From Candidatus Levyibacteriota bacterium (GTDB lineage Bacteria; Patescibacteriota; Microgenomatia; Levybacterales; UBA12049), in contig JAGOPV010000003.1 in NCBI GenBank assembly GCA_017991775.1, positions 1 to 59,170 on the forward strand: a stretch of DNA of 59,170 nt. Direction: 5' to 3'. Shown piece by piece: positions 1-7,307 of the stretch; position 1 is the first letter of the stretch; every line of letters begins with the position of its first letter. The translations under genes and the position numbers were made by a program. The notes under the pieces are model-generated. The model was given only the letters and a program-made list of their open reading frames with translations, ran no database searches and was not told where the DNA came from.

Positions 1-21
1 GACCTCTGTTATAATCAGCAA

Positions 22-624
22 ATGGTAACTATCTATCTTGTAAGACATGGGAATAAAGAAGCTGTCCCATTTGATCCAGCCCTCACAAAAATAGGTCTTA
101 AACAGGCTGAGGTGACAGCAGAATATCTCAGGGCTACTCCTTTCCAGGCGATAATTGTCAGTCCCAAGACTCGCACCCAGCAAACGGCAAGAGCAATTGC
201 ACTTGCTCAATCGATGGATTTTACTGTGGACAATAGGCTGACTGAGCGAATGGAATGGGAGAATAATGAGTCCTTTGATGAATTTATCTACGAGTGGAGT
301 AAGACTGATAATGACAGGAAGTATCAGCCACTAGGAGGAGATTCGTCAAACAAAAAAGGCGAGAAAATGAAGCAAGTTATCCAAGAGTATTCAGCAAAAC
401 TCGAGGATGGGAATATTCTCTTAGTAACTCACGGCGGCTCGATTGGAGATCTATTACGACTACTATTTGGGGAGAAGGACACGCATCATGTGCTTGATCC
501 AGTGACACACGCCCCACATATTCAAATTGGAGAATGCTCGATCACTGTGATCGAAAAAAATGGAGATAACTATGAACTACTTAAAATAAATGACACTTCT
601 CACCTCTCAACTCCCCTGTCCTAA
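22..624 (+). CDS. histidine phosphatase family protein (phosphoglycerate-mutase-like)
   Basis: 200-aa ORF with the N-terminal LVRHG catalytic motif and a distal VTHGGS motif typical of the histidine phosphatase superfamily. Confidence 0.8.
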   Translation: MVTIYLVRHGNKEAVPFDPALTKIGLKQAEVTAEYLRATPFQAIIVSPKTRTQQTARAIALAQSMDFTVDNRLTERMEWENNESFDEFIYEWSKTDNDRKYQPLGGDSSNKKGEKMKQVIQEYSAKLEDGNILLVTHGGSIGDLLRLLFGEKDTHHVLDPVTHAPHIQIGECSITVIEKNGDNYELLKINDTSHLSTPLS

Positions 625-1851
625 TTCTTTCATGTCAGATGTTGACTCAAATAACACGTGCTCTTCTCCATCAGTATTGAGCATATCTTGCGTTGCGAGC
701 TCTAAATTTTCAGCTGGGATAGCTGCATCTAAGATTGCTCTTCCAGCCTCGATAGCTGTTCCAATCACTGGGAGCGCATTACCTATACGAGATGCTAGGC
801 CAAATTCTTGTTCAATCTTATCAATAAGTTGATCAAAGTCTTGATTAGGCCCGATCTCAGGCGCATCGGCATCGAAGCTAGGTGATGCTGAGAGCATTGC
901 GGCGCGCGTATTGAGTGCATTGAGAAAGTGTGTCCGGGCGAAAGCTATTTCAGGCTCTATTGGAATATCTGTTGGTCTTAGATCTTCTTGCTGCTCAAGC
1001 GCAGGCATAAATGTATTTTCATACCAATCTAATGCACAGTCTTGCATACTGAGAAAGTCACAAGCCTCTATCATCTCCGGAGCAAATGTACTTTTCTCAC
1101 CTAGAGTTAAAGCTTCAATTGCGGCAGTAAGAAATGGCACATGGTCAACTCGAGAAAACCCCGCATTCCTTAAAGCAGCATAGTCGTCATTATCATCATC
1201 TCCCAGTTCTCTCACAACAGTTATTTTCGCTTTATCTAATATATGGTGGTTAATTCGGTCTGATCCAAATCGATCGTATTGTGCTGAGGTAGCTGAACCT
1301 TCAAATTCGCCATCTGGTATAAATTCGATTGACGCATTTTGCCCGAGCGCATTATCCGTACTATAAGCATGACTGAAGTATATGCGTGATGTGCCTATGG
1401 GAACTATTTGATTGGCGTACATGTCAGAATTGTGCGCAACATATCTGATTTCTCGATCGCTAAATACTTGTCCTATTGCTTGAACTACTCTGATTGGTTC
1501 AATTTCCAGTCCATCTCGTGCCTCTTCCAAGAGAGCTTGAAGGAGTGAAATTCCCTCAGGGACATTTTCAACTGGAGCTAATCCTTCATCGGGTGGGCTT
1601 TTAGGCAGATCATCATAAAGTTCTACGCTCTGTTCATGTGTTGAAAGATCTGAATTTTCATGTACTTTGGTGAGAACTGGCTCAGATAGTCCCCTGATAA
1701 CAGCTCCTGCAATACCGCCATCAATTTTGCTTGAGACTAATGCTCCAAGAGTATTCTTAAGAACATCTCGTCTTGATTTCGGTGTGATTAATACTTCTGG
1801 TAGTTCTCTCTCCATTCTTGCAGAGTATAGATAATTTGGTTTGGATGTCAA
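607..1851 (-). CDS. hypothetical protein with twin-arginine-like N-terminal motif
   Basis: 414-aa ORF with no recognisable domain. SRRDVLK is followed by a hydrophobic stretch near the N-terminus. The start is ambiguous: TTG at 1851 or ATG at 1815 (MERELPE). More G+C-rich than neighbouring genes. Confidence 0.5.
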   Translation of the reverse strand: MTSKPNYLYSARMERELPEVLITPKSRRDVLKNTLGALVSSKIDGGIAGAVIRGLSEPVLTKVHENSDLSTHEQSVELYDDLPKSPPDEGLAPVENVPEGISLLQALLEEARDGLEIEPIRVVQAIGQVFSDREIRYVAHNSDMYANQIVPIGTSRIYFSHAYSTDNALGQNASIEFIPDGEFEGSATSAQYDRFGSDRINHHILDKAKITVVRELGDDDNDDYAALRNAGFSRVDHVPFLTAAIEALTLGEKSTFAPEMIEACDFLSMQDCALDWYENTFMPALEQQEDLRPTDIPIEPEIAFARTHFLNALNTRAAMLSASPSFDADAPEIGPNQDFDQLIDKIEQEFGLASRIGNALPVIGTAIEAGRAILDAAIPAENLELATQDMLNTDGEEHVLFESTSDMKELGQGS

Positions 1852-1859
1852 TATGAAAT

Positions 1860-1891
1860 GAGGCGGAGGGTTCTGATGGACCGACCGCCTC
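1860..1891 (-). terminator. GC-rich hairpin downstream of the 164-aa ORF
   Basis: GAGGCGG...CCGCCTC 7-bp stem, followed on the minus strand by ATTTCATATT. Lies between the two orphan ORFs. Confidence 0.45.
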
Positions 1892-1909
1892 TGAAATTGC
1901 AGGAGGTAG

Positions 1910-2404
1910 TTACCTTCTGCGTTGGTGTAGAATTTTGCTGTCTAGTTCAGACTCGCCTAGTAAGGCAAATTGAGCGCTGAACTGGATTCGAAAATTTTGG
2001 ATGTGTTGCCATGCCCGATCAGTTCTCAGGCCGTGCATGCTGGCGAATACGTGTTGATCAAAGATGAGAAGGTGAATTGGATCAACTCCTCTTCTGACCA
2101 AATACGAGCCATAGCCTTTCATTCCATTCATGTTGAACCAGTTCGCTTTAAGCGACCTGTCACCACCGAGTGGATAATCAGGGAACAGTTTGGCGAGGAA
2201 TGCATCTCGAGACTTGAAGACTGCTTCAGCAGCAATCACCCGCTGCTCCTTGATCATTTGGGCTGCGTATGCTCTTGTACTTTCCTCAAGGTGCGGCACG
2301 ATTTTTTGTGCCAGTACCAATGCAACCGCTCCAGACATGAGTGAGACAAGTTCTTCTAGCGAAATTGGGCCTCTCGATGTCTGAATGAGAATTGGACCTT
2401 CCAT
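1910..2404 (-). CDS. hypothetical protein
   Basis: 164-aa ORF preceded on the minus strand by AAGGAG 7 nt from the ATG and by a TTGACT-17-TATAAT promoter. No recognisable domain. Confidence 0.55.
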   Translation of the reverse strand: MEGPILIQTSRGPISLEELVSLMSGAVALVLAQKIVPHLEESTRAYAAQMIKEQRVIAAEAVFKSRDAFLAKLFPDYPLGGDRSLKANWFNMNGMKGYGSYLVRRGVDPIHLLIFDQHVFASMHGLRTDRAWQHIQNFRIQFSAQFALLGESELDSKILHQRRR

Positions 2405-2447
2405 GACAGTCTCCTTTTTTATCCGGTAACTTCAAAAGAACTAAAAG

Positions 2448-2476
2448 ATTATATTGATAGAGGCTGTGGAAGTCAA
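2448..2476 (-). promoter_or_regulatory. near-consensus sigma-70-type promoter (TTGACT-17 nt-TATAAT)
   Basis: Reverse complement of 2471-2476 is TTGACT. Reverse complement of 2448-2453 is TATAAT. The spacer is 17 nt. Confidence 0.6.
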
Positions 2477-2502
2477 GCTATAGGACTAAATGTATGTAAT
2501 AC

Positions 2503-3681
2503 CTATACGATTTTTACATTACCTGAGAGGCTTTTGAATATCTTGAGAGCAATAAATAGACAAGCTATCATCAGAACACTTGCTCCAAGGAATGGCAGCA
2601 TGATGCTGATACTTGCAAGACCCCCTGCGATTATTGGACCGATGATCTGACCTATGCTCATATATGAGGCATTAATACCCTGCATCTCACCCTGCTCACT
2701 ATCGTCAACCTCTTCAGACAAAATAGTCTGAGTGATCGGTTGAACAAATGAATTCACAAGCCCAAGCGCGATGCTCGCTATGACAAATACCAAAATACTC
2801 TTTGCCAAGAACATCACGATAAAGATAGCTGCCACCCAAGCAAGTGAGTAAAGAAGAGTCTTTTTGATCTTTAGGAATTTCAGTGCTTGTTGCAAAAGCA
2901 CGAGTTGGGAGATGAGTCCTAGTGCTCCAAAGAGAGTGAAGAGTAACGATATTTGATTGGGACTCATATTAAGTACTTTGACTGTTGAAGATTGGAAACC
3001 AAAAATAAACATCGAGAAAGCCATGAAGTAAAAGAGCGTCATTATAAGCGTTAAGCCAACAGTTCTGTTGGTAAGCGCATGCCAAAGTTTGGAAAAATCA
3101 AAGAGTTTGGTCTTACTGACTTGACCAATATTTTTGTTAGTCTCAGGGAGGAATATCCACGTGATAATGACTGCAAGAAGAGAAATTGCTGCTGCAATAA
3201 GGAATGGAAGTGCTGGACTAATACCTACAGTAAAGGCAGAGATAGCAGGGCCAAAAATAAATCCAAATCCAAATGAAGCTCCTATGATGCCAAAGCCCTT
3301 TGCTCGGTCTTTTGGCTCGGTGGTATCGGTTATGACAGCTGAAGCCACAGGGATATTGCCTGCAGTGATGCCATCAAGCGCTCGTCCTAAGAATAGAAAG
3401 ATCGCATTTGGTGCAAAGGCGAGCATCACAAATGAAAGCGCAGTACCTGCGATAGATGTGATAAGGAGTGGCTTGCGACCAAATCTGTCCGAGAGACGAC
3501 CGATAATCGGTGTTGAGAAGAACTGACAGAGCGAAAAGAGTGCAAAGAGAAGGCCATTCTGAAAATCTGTCAGTCCAAATCTCATCGAGTATGAGTAAAG
3601 AATTGGAATGATAATGCCATATCCAAGTGCGTTGACGACTGCGATCAAAGCGATGATCATGAGATTGCGATTTTTAAGCAT
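2503..3681 (-). CDS. MFS transporter
   Basis: 392 aa with about 12 hydrophobic segments. GRLSDRFGRKP is the loop 2-3 signature of major facilitator (drug:H+ antiporter-like) proteins. Confidence 0.85.
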   Translation of the reverse strand: MLKNRNLMIIALIAVVNALGYGIIIPILYSYSMRFGLTDFQNGLLFALFSLCQFFSTPIIGRLSDRFGRKPLLITSIAGTALSFVMLAFAPNAIFLFLGRALDGITAGNIPVASAVITDTTEPKDRAKGFGIIGASFGFGFIFGPAISAFTVGISPALPFLIAAAISLLAVIITWIFLPETNKNIGQVSKTKLFDFSKLWHALTNRTVGLTLIMTLFYFMAFSMFIFGFQSSTVKVLNMSPNQISLLFTLFGALGLISQLVLLQQALKFLKIKKTLLYSLAWVAAIFIVMFLAKSILVFVIASIALGLVNSFVQPITQTILSEEVDDSEQGEMQGINASYMSIGQIIGPIIAGGLASISIMLPFLGASVLMIACLFIALKIFKSLSGNVKIV

Positions 3682-3728
3682 TTAGTTAGTATAGCTAACA
3701 TAAATTCGTACGTAAAGTCCCTCTTTGC

Positions 3729-3734
3729 TATAAT
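3729..3734 (+). promoter_or_regulatory. extended -10 box (TGCTATAAT) upstream of the Clp_N gene
   Basis: TTTGCTATAAT. The same TGCTATAAT box (within slightly different flanks) recurs at 4711-4719, 33396-33404 and 42274-42282. Confidence 0.55.
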
Positions 3735-3740
3735 CTGCGT

Positions 3741-3782
3741 GTTCTTTTAAAAGAACTCTTCTCTGTTCGAGAAGAGCTTTTT
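3741..3782 (+). promoter_or_regulatory. 5' UTR hairpins including a terminator-like stem plus U-run (candidate attenuator)
   Basis: GTTCTTTTAAAAGAAC palindrome at 3741-3756. It is followed directly by CTCTTCTC-tgttc-GAGAAGAG and CTTTTT at 3756-3782. No plus-strand gene lies upstream to terminate. Confidence 0.4.
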
Positions 3783-3806
3783 CGATTACAAGAAAGTGAG
3801 TGGGAA

Positions 3807-4616
3807 ATGACCGCCAGTGTAATGACGCTTTCAGAGTCAGGCCATCAGACTCTTGCTTTGGCTAAGGAGGAAGCAGCCCTCCTACACCATGGTTACATCG
3901 GCACCGAGCATCTCCTTCTGGGATTGGTACGGGCCGAGGGTACAACTGCGGCTCAAGTCTTAGCGAATATGGGAATACAACTCCAGAAGGTTCGTTCGGC
4001 TGTTGAATTCATCGTTGGAAAGGGTGAGGGAAACTCCCAAGATGAGCCAGCACTGACTGTACGCTCAAAGCGGGCTCTTGAGTTGGCGATGCAGGAAGCT
4101 AGACAGCTCGATAGTCCATGTGTTCATTCAGAGCACATCCTTCTGGGACTTTTTCGGGAAGGTGAAGGAATTGGTGTCGGCGTTCTCGAATCACTCGGAG
4201 TGAGACTTGAAAAGATTCGTCCACAGTTAATGAGAGCATTGGCCTCTGGCCTGATGCTTTCAGAGAACGAACTCCAAGAGATCGAGGGGGTTGTGGCCAA
4301 TCTGACTCTCTTCGAGCAGTTGCTCGGACTTAACGTGCCGGCAACTTGTGTCTCTATACTCAATGCCCATCTTACTTGGGAGCCTGAGAAGCTCACGATT
4401 GCGGGTACACAGCCTGAGATCTTTGAAATTTTTCAGTCTATGTTTCGAAGGGCAGTGCAGCCCTTTCGGGACGCGAACGATGTTTGTCTCGGTTTTGTTT
4501 CGTTGCATGCAGTGGCAACGAATAAAATCAACCTGGAGCATGGGAAGGTCTGCCCGTTCTGTTCGACGATGATCAACGCTATAAAGCAAGCTCATTTGTC
4601 TCTTCAGACATCCTGA
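3807..4616 (+). CDS. Clp N-terminal (Clp R) repeat domain protein with uncharacterised C-terminal half
   Basis: Two Clp_N repeats (GYIGTEHLLLGLVR and HSEHILLGLFREGEGIGVGVLESLGV) in residues 1-145. The remaining ~120 aa are unassigned and contain CPFC. Confidence 0.8.
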   Translation: MTASVMTLSESGHQTLALAKEEAALLHHGYIGTEHLLLGLVRAEGTTAAQVLANMGIQLQKVRSAVEFIVGKGEGNSQDEPALTVRSKRALELAMQEARQLDSPCVHSEHILLGLFREGEGIGVGVLESLGVRLEKIRPQLMRALASGLMLSENELQEIEGVVANLTLFEQLLGLNVPATCVSILNAHLTWEPEKLTIAGTQPEIFEIFQSMFRRAVQPFRDANDVCLGFVSLHAVATNKINLEHGKVCPFCSTMINAIKQAHLSLQTS

Positions 4617-4653
4617 CAATCTGGTCCATAGAATGGACCATCAATCATTTCAT

Positions 4654-4691
4654 GCGGGGCGTAGTCCTTAGGACTATTCCCCGCTTTTTTT
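4654..4691 (+). terminator. intrinsic terminator, copy A of a ~50-bp direct repeat
   Basis: GCGGGGCGTAGTCCTTAGGACTATTCCCCGC plus T7. The inner stem is GTAGTCC/GGACTA(t) and the outer stem is GCGGGG/CCCCGC. Confidence 0.8.
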
Positions 4692-4786
4692 GTGCAAAAA
4701 ATTATCACTTTGCTATAATCCTTTCCAGAACATTGAAATTTTTGAATATCCACTTTGGGTATTCAGCATTAGCAGAGGAGTCAGTC

Positions 4787-5134
4787 ATGGAAGCAGTGGT
4801 TGCCGGGAATAAGCATCTTCTGATCGTCAGTAGTGACGATTGGGTTACTATCGTAGCCATTCGTGCACTTCTCGGATTTTCGCTTGGTGATTTTGTTTTA
4901 GGAATCCAAACTAATGACCCAAGCATTGTTCGAAGAGGAGTCTACGTTGGGATTCACTGGGTCAATACTGATGAGAAAGCTTTCGCAGCAGCAGCCATAA
5001 TCCCAATTGATGGCGAAAGCGATAGCTTTTTTTGTGGAATCAAGGATTTTGCAGCAATTGCAGATTCAGATCTAGCACCCAGCGAGCTTGAATTTGCTGA
5101 GCATATTCGAGCCATCTTGCCCGCAAGGGATTAA
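4787..5134 (+). CDS. hypothetical protein (116 aa)
   Basis: The ORF-track entry 4652..5134 begins inside terminator copy A. The internal ATG at 4787 is preceded by GAGGAG 7 nt upstream and by a TGCTATAAT promoter at 4711-4719. No recognisable domain. Confidence 0.45.
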   Translation: MEAVVAGNKHLLIVSSDDWVTIVAIRALLGFSLGDFVLGIQTNDPSIVRRGVYVGIHWVNTDEKAFAAAAIIPIDGESDSFFCGIKDFAAIADSDLAPSELEFAEHIRAILPARD

Positions 5135-5145
5135 AACTTTCTTTC

Positions 5146-5183
5146 GCGGGGCGTAGTCCATAGGACTATTCCCCGCTTTTTTT
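5146..5183 (+). terminator. intrinsic terminator, copy B of the direct repeat
   Basis: GCGGGGCGTAGTCCATAGGACTATTCCCCGC plus T7. It differs from copy A by a single substitution (T>A) at the apex of the hairpin. The shared flank TTTTTTTGTGCAAAAA continues the repeat. Confidence 0.8.
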
Positions 5184-5222
5184 GTGCAAAAATAATTCGC
5201 TAGTTTGATCTATTTGATCATA

Positions 5223-5252
5223 TTGACACTGTACGATCGTACAGTCTATAGT
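5223..5252 (+). promoter_or_regulatory. promoter of the LexA-like gene (TTGACA-18 nt-TATAGT)
   Basis: TTGACA at 5223-5228 and TATAGT at 5247-5252. The spacer is filled by operator box A. Confidence 0.6.
5229..5244 (+). promoter_or_regulatory. SOS-box-like operator A (CTGTACGATCGTACAG)
   Basis: Perfect 16-bp palindrome, or 18 bp as ACTGTACGATCGTACAGT. It fits the CTGT-N8-ACAG LexA-box pattern. Confidence 0.65.
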
Positions 5253-5254
5253 TA

Positions 5255-5270
5255 CTGTACCAACGTACAG
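5255..5270 (+). promoter_or_regulatory. SOS-box-like operator B (CTGTACCAACGTACAG)
   Basis: Same CTGTAC/GTACAG arms as box A. Located just downstream of the -10 box, over the expected transcription start. Confidence 0.6.
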
Positions 5271-5316
5271 CAAGCAGATAGCAAATGGCAGGCGGGCAGT
5301 ACGACAAAATAATATT

Positions 5317-5886
5317 ATGAATTTAGATCTAGCAATACAAAAATTACGAAAGTTCTACAAGATCCAGAAGAGACTCCCGTCATATCAGGAGATTTGTACG
5401 ATATTTAACTACTCTTCCAAAAATGCAGCTGTCTATTTAGTCCAAAAACTTATAGAAGCAGATATCGTGGAGAAGGATGAAAAGGGTAAAATCCTTCCCA
5501 AAAAATTATTCCATATCCCCCATCTGGGTATCATTAAGGCAGGATATCCAGCTCAGGCTGATGTACAGTTGGGGGATAGCATCGATTTTTATGAATATCT
5601 TTTGGATATGCCTGGTGAAGTATTTTCACTCACTGTGCATGGAGATTCTATGCAGGATGCAGGGATACATGAAGGAGATATTGTGATTGTAGCCAAAGAT
5701 GAATCAGCTCGTAGTGGGGATGTGGTGGCAGCCATCGTTGATAATGAGTGGACTGTGAAGTATTTTCAGAAGCAGAATAATCAAGTAGCTCTCATCCCCG
5801 CTAATAAGAACTACCCGATTATTCGTCCTCAGGAAAGTCTCATCATCGGCGGCATCGTTACTAGCGTTATAAGGAAATACCGATAA
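5317..5886 (+). CDS. LexA-like S24-family autoproteolytic repressor (paralog)
   Basis: 189 aa. N-terminal winged-helix-like region, IKAG/YP Ala-Gly site, GDSM catalytic Ser and TVKYF Lys, as in the LexA/S24 peptidase family. Confidence 0.8.
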   Translation: MNLDLAIQKLRKFYKIQKRLPSYQEICTIFNYSSKNAAVYLVQKLIEADIVEKDEKGKILPKKLFHIPHLGIIKAGYPAQADVQLGDSIDFYEYLLDMPGEVFSLTVHGDSMQDAGIHEGDIVIVAKDESARSGDVVAAIVDNEWTVKYFQKQNNQVALIPANKNYPIIRPQESLIIGGIVTSVIRKYR

Positions 5887-6479
5887 ATGCATGAGCGAGT
5901 TAGCATTATTACTGTCTATGATCATCTCAAAAGTACTACACTCCCCTCGCGGGTCAAATGGAATGGAAGAGTTTGCTAAGTTTCATAGCTTGGTCTCCCT
6001 CACGCTCGCAAGGATGGTAGTGCTCTCAACCATATCTTTAGTGTCTTTGCTGGTTATCTGCACCTTTGTCTAGACCTCAAATCCAAAGCTCTCATCTGGA
6101 CACTTGAAGAAACGGCGGTCAGCAGCTGACTTGTCGTGCTGAACTCATTTCAGCATCTCTACCTCGATTAGATCCTGAAAATAATTCAGGATGACCCTCT
6201 GAACTATGTAGACAATATTTGATCAGCATGGTGAATAGCCGGTTGGAGATGTACGACGAATGGGTTTGAGGGCAGGCTATCTTGAGGATAGTGTACGCCT
6301 GCCCTCACATCTTATTCCGAAAGAACTACGTTAGGATAATTTGCAAAATTACTAAATGAGCGCCTTGGAAGTCATACACTTCGTAATGGATTCTTACTCC
6401 ATAGCGCTGATCTTACTACTACCACCACATATGGTTGGATGGCAGATAGGTATGAGAGACGAAAGTTAGTGTAATTGTT

Positions 6480-6728
6480 CTAGCGAGTAAGCATTTTGCC
6501 GACCCCTATTACAACGATTGCTCCAATTACAGCTACAAAAAGACTGTAGAAATTAAAGCCAGTAACTCCACTTGCACCAAATGTATTCATGATAAATCCG
6601 CCCAAGAATGCGCCGATGATTCCAAATATAATGTTCATAAGAGCGCCTTGTTCAGCATCTGTCTTCATAACAATTGATGCGATCCATCCAGCTAAAGCTC
6701 CGAAAATAATCCAAATAATAATATTCAT
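6480..6728 (-). CDS. GlsB/YeaQ/YmgE family stress-response membrane protein
   Basis: 82 aa. GALAGWIA...FGIIGAFLGGF glycine-zipper helices typical of the transglycosylase-associated protein family. Confidence 0.8.
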   Translation of the reverse strand: MNIIIWIIFGALAGWIASIVMKTDAEQGALMNIIFGIIGAFLGGFIMNTFGASGVTGFNFYSLFVAVIGAIVVIGVGKMLTR

Positions 6729-6848
6729 ATAAAGTTCACCCCCCTTCGCTAAAGCATCGAAGGGGCATGCCCTCCTGACTTTCTAAACTCAAGTATAAGC
6801 TGAGTGAATAAGAGGAGAATAATGAACGTGTAAGACTGGAGTAAGAGC

Positions 6849-7298
6849 CTATGAAAGAGAAGAAATCCATCTAACAGCTGAGAGAATAGTGCAGATCAGA
6901 GCTACGACAGAGATACATTGCCAAAAAATTTGATGCAAGAACCAGACTGCTTCACCTGGCGCATGTTTATTGATCCAAAATTGTTCAGGCTCATTACCAC
7001 CTCGAGGATGGAATTGCTGTAAGAACCAATATAGTGTCTCACCACCACTTCGAATGAGCCAGAAAGCTGAGGCTATAAGCAGAAAGAGTAAGAAATCTTG
7101 GAGAAAAAGACAGGTCAATGAGGCGAGAATCCAAAATGGTCCGATAATGATGTGATCTGCCCAGACGAAAGATCCAAAAGGCTCGCACATTTTCCAAGGC
7201 TGCGCGAGAATGCTACTTTTACTTTTGCAGGAAAAATACGCTTTTGCTGATGAAAGAACAGAGAAAAGAAAAATGACGATAAGAATTATATTTGCCAT
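6849..7298 (-). CDS. hypothetical membrane protein
   Basis: 149 aa with about 4 hydrophobic segments. No recognisable motif. Confidence 0.5.
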   Translation of the reverse strand: MANIILIVIFLFSVLSSAKAYFSCKSKSSILAQPWKMCEPFGSFVWADHIIIGPFWILASLTCLFLQDFLLFLLIASAFWLIRSGGETLYWFLQQFHPRGGNEPEQFWINKHAPGEAVWFLHQIFWQCISVVALICTILSAVRWISSLS

Positions 7299-7307
7299 AG
7301 GAGTGAG

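Noticed and set aside
590-1183. ORF-track entries 590..832 and 911..1183 on the plus strand.
   Set aside because: They lie antisense within the longer 414-aa minus-strand ORF, are low complexity and have no start context. The same reasoning applies to the many other 60-130 aa antisense or shadow ORFs inside uvrA, the 802-aa and 934-aa membrane proteins, pyk, ppsA and others.
4652-4786. N-terminal extension of ORF 4652..5134.
   Set aside because: The first 45 codons run through terminator copy A and the TGCTATAAT promoter. The ATG at 4787, with GAGGAG upstream, is the plausible start.
5891-6073. 60-aa ORF downstream of the LexA-like gene.
   Set aside because: It has no SD site or -10 box in a suitable position, and its hydrophobic low-complexity translation has no motif. 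It is kept as part of the unexplained non-coding tract.
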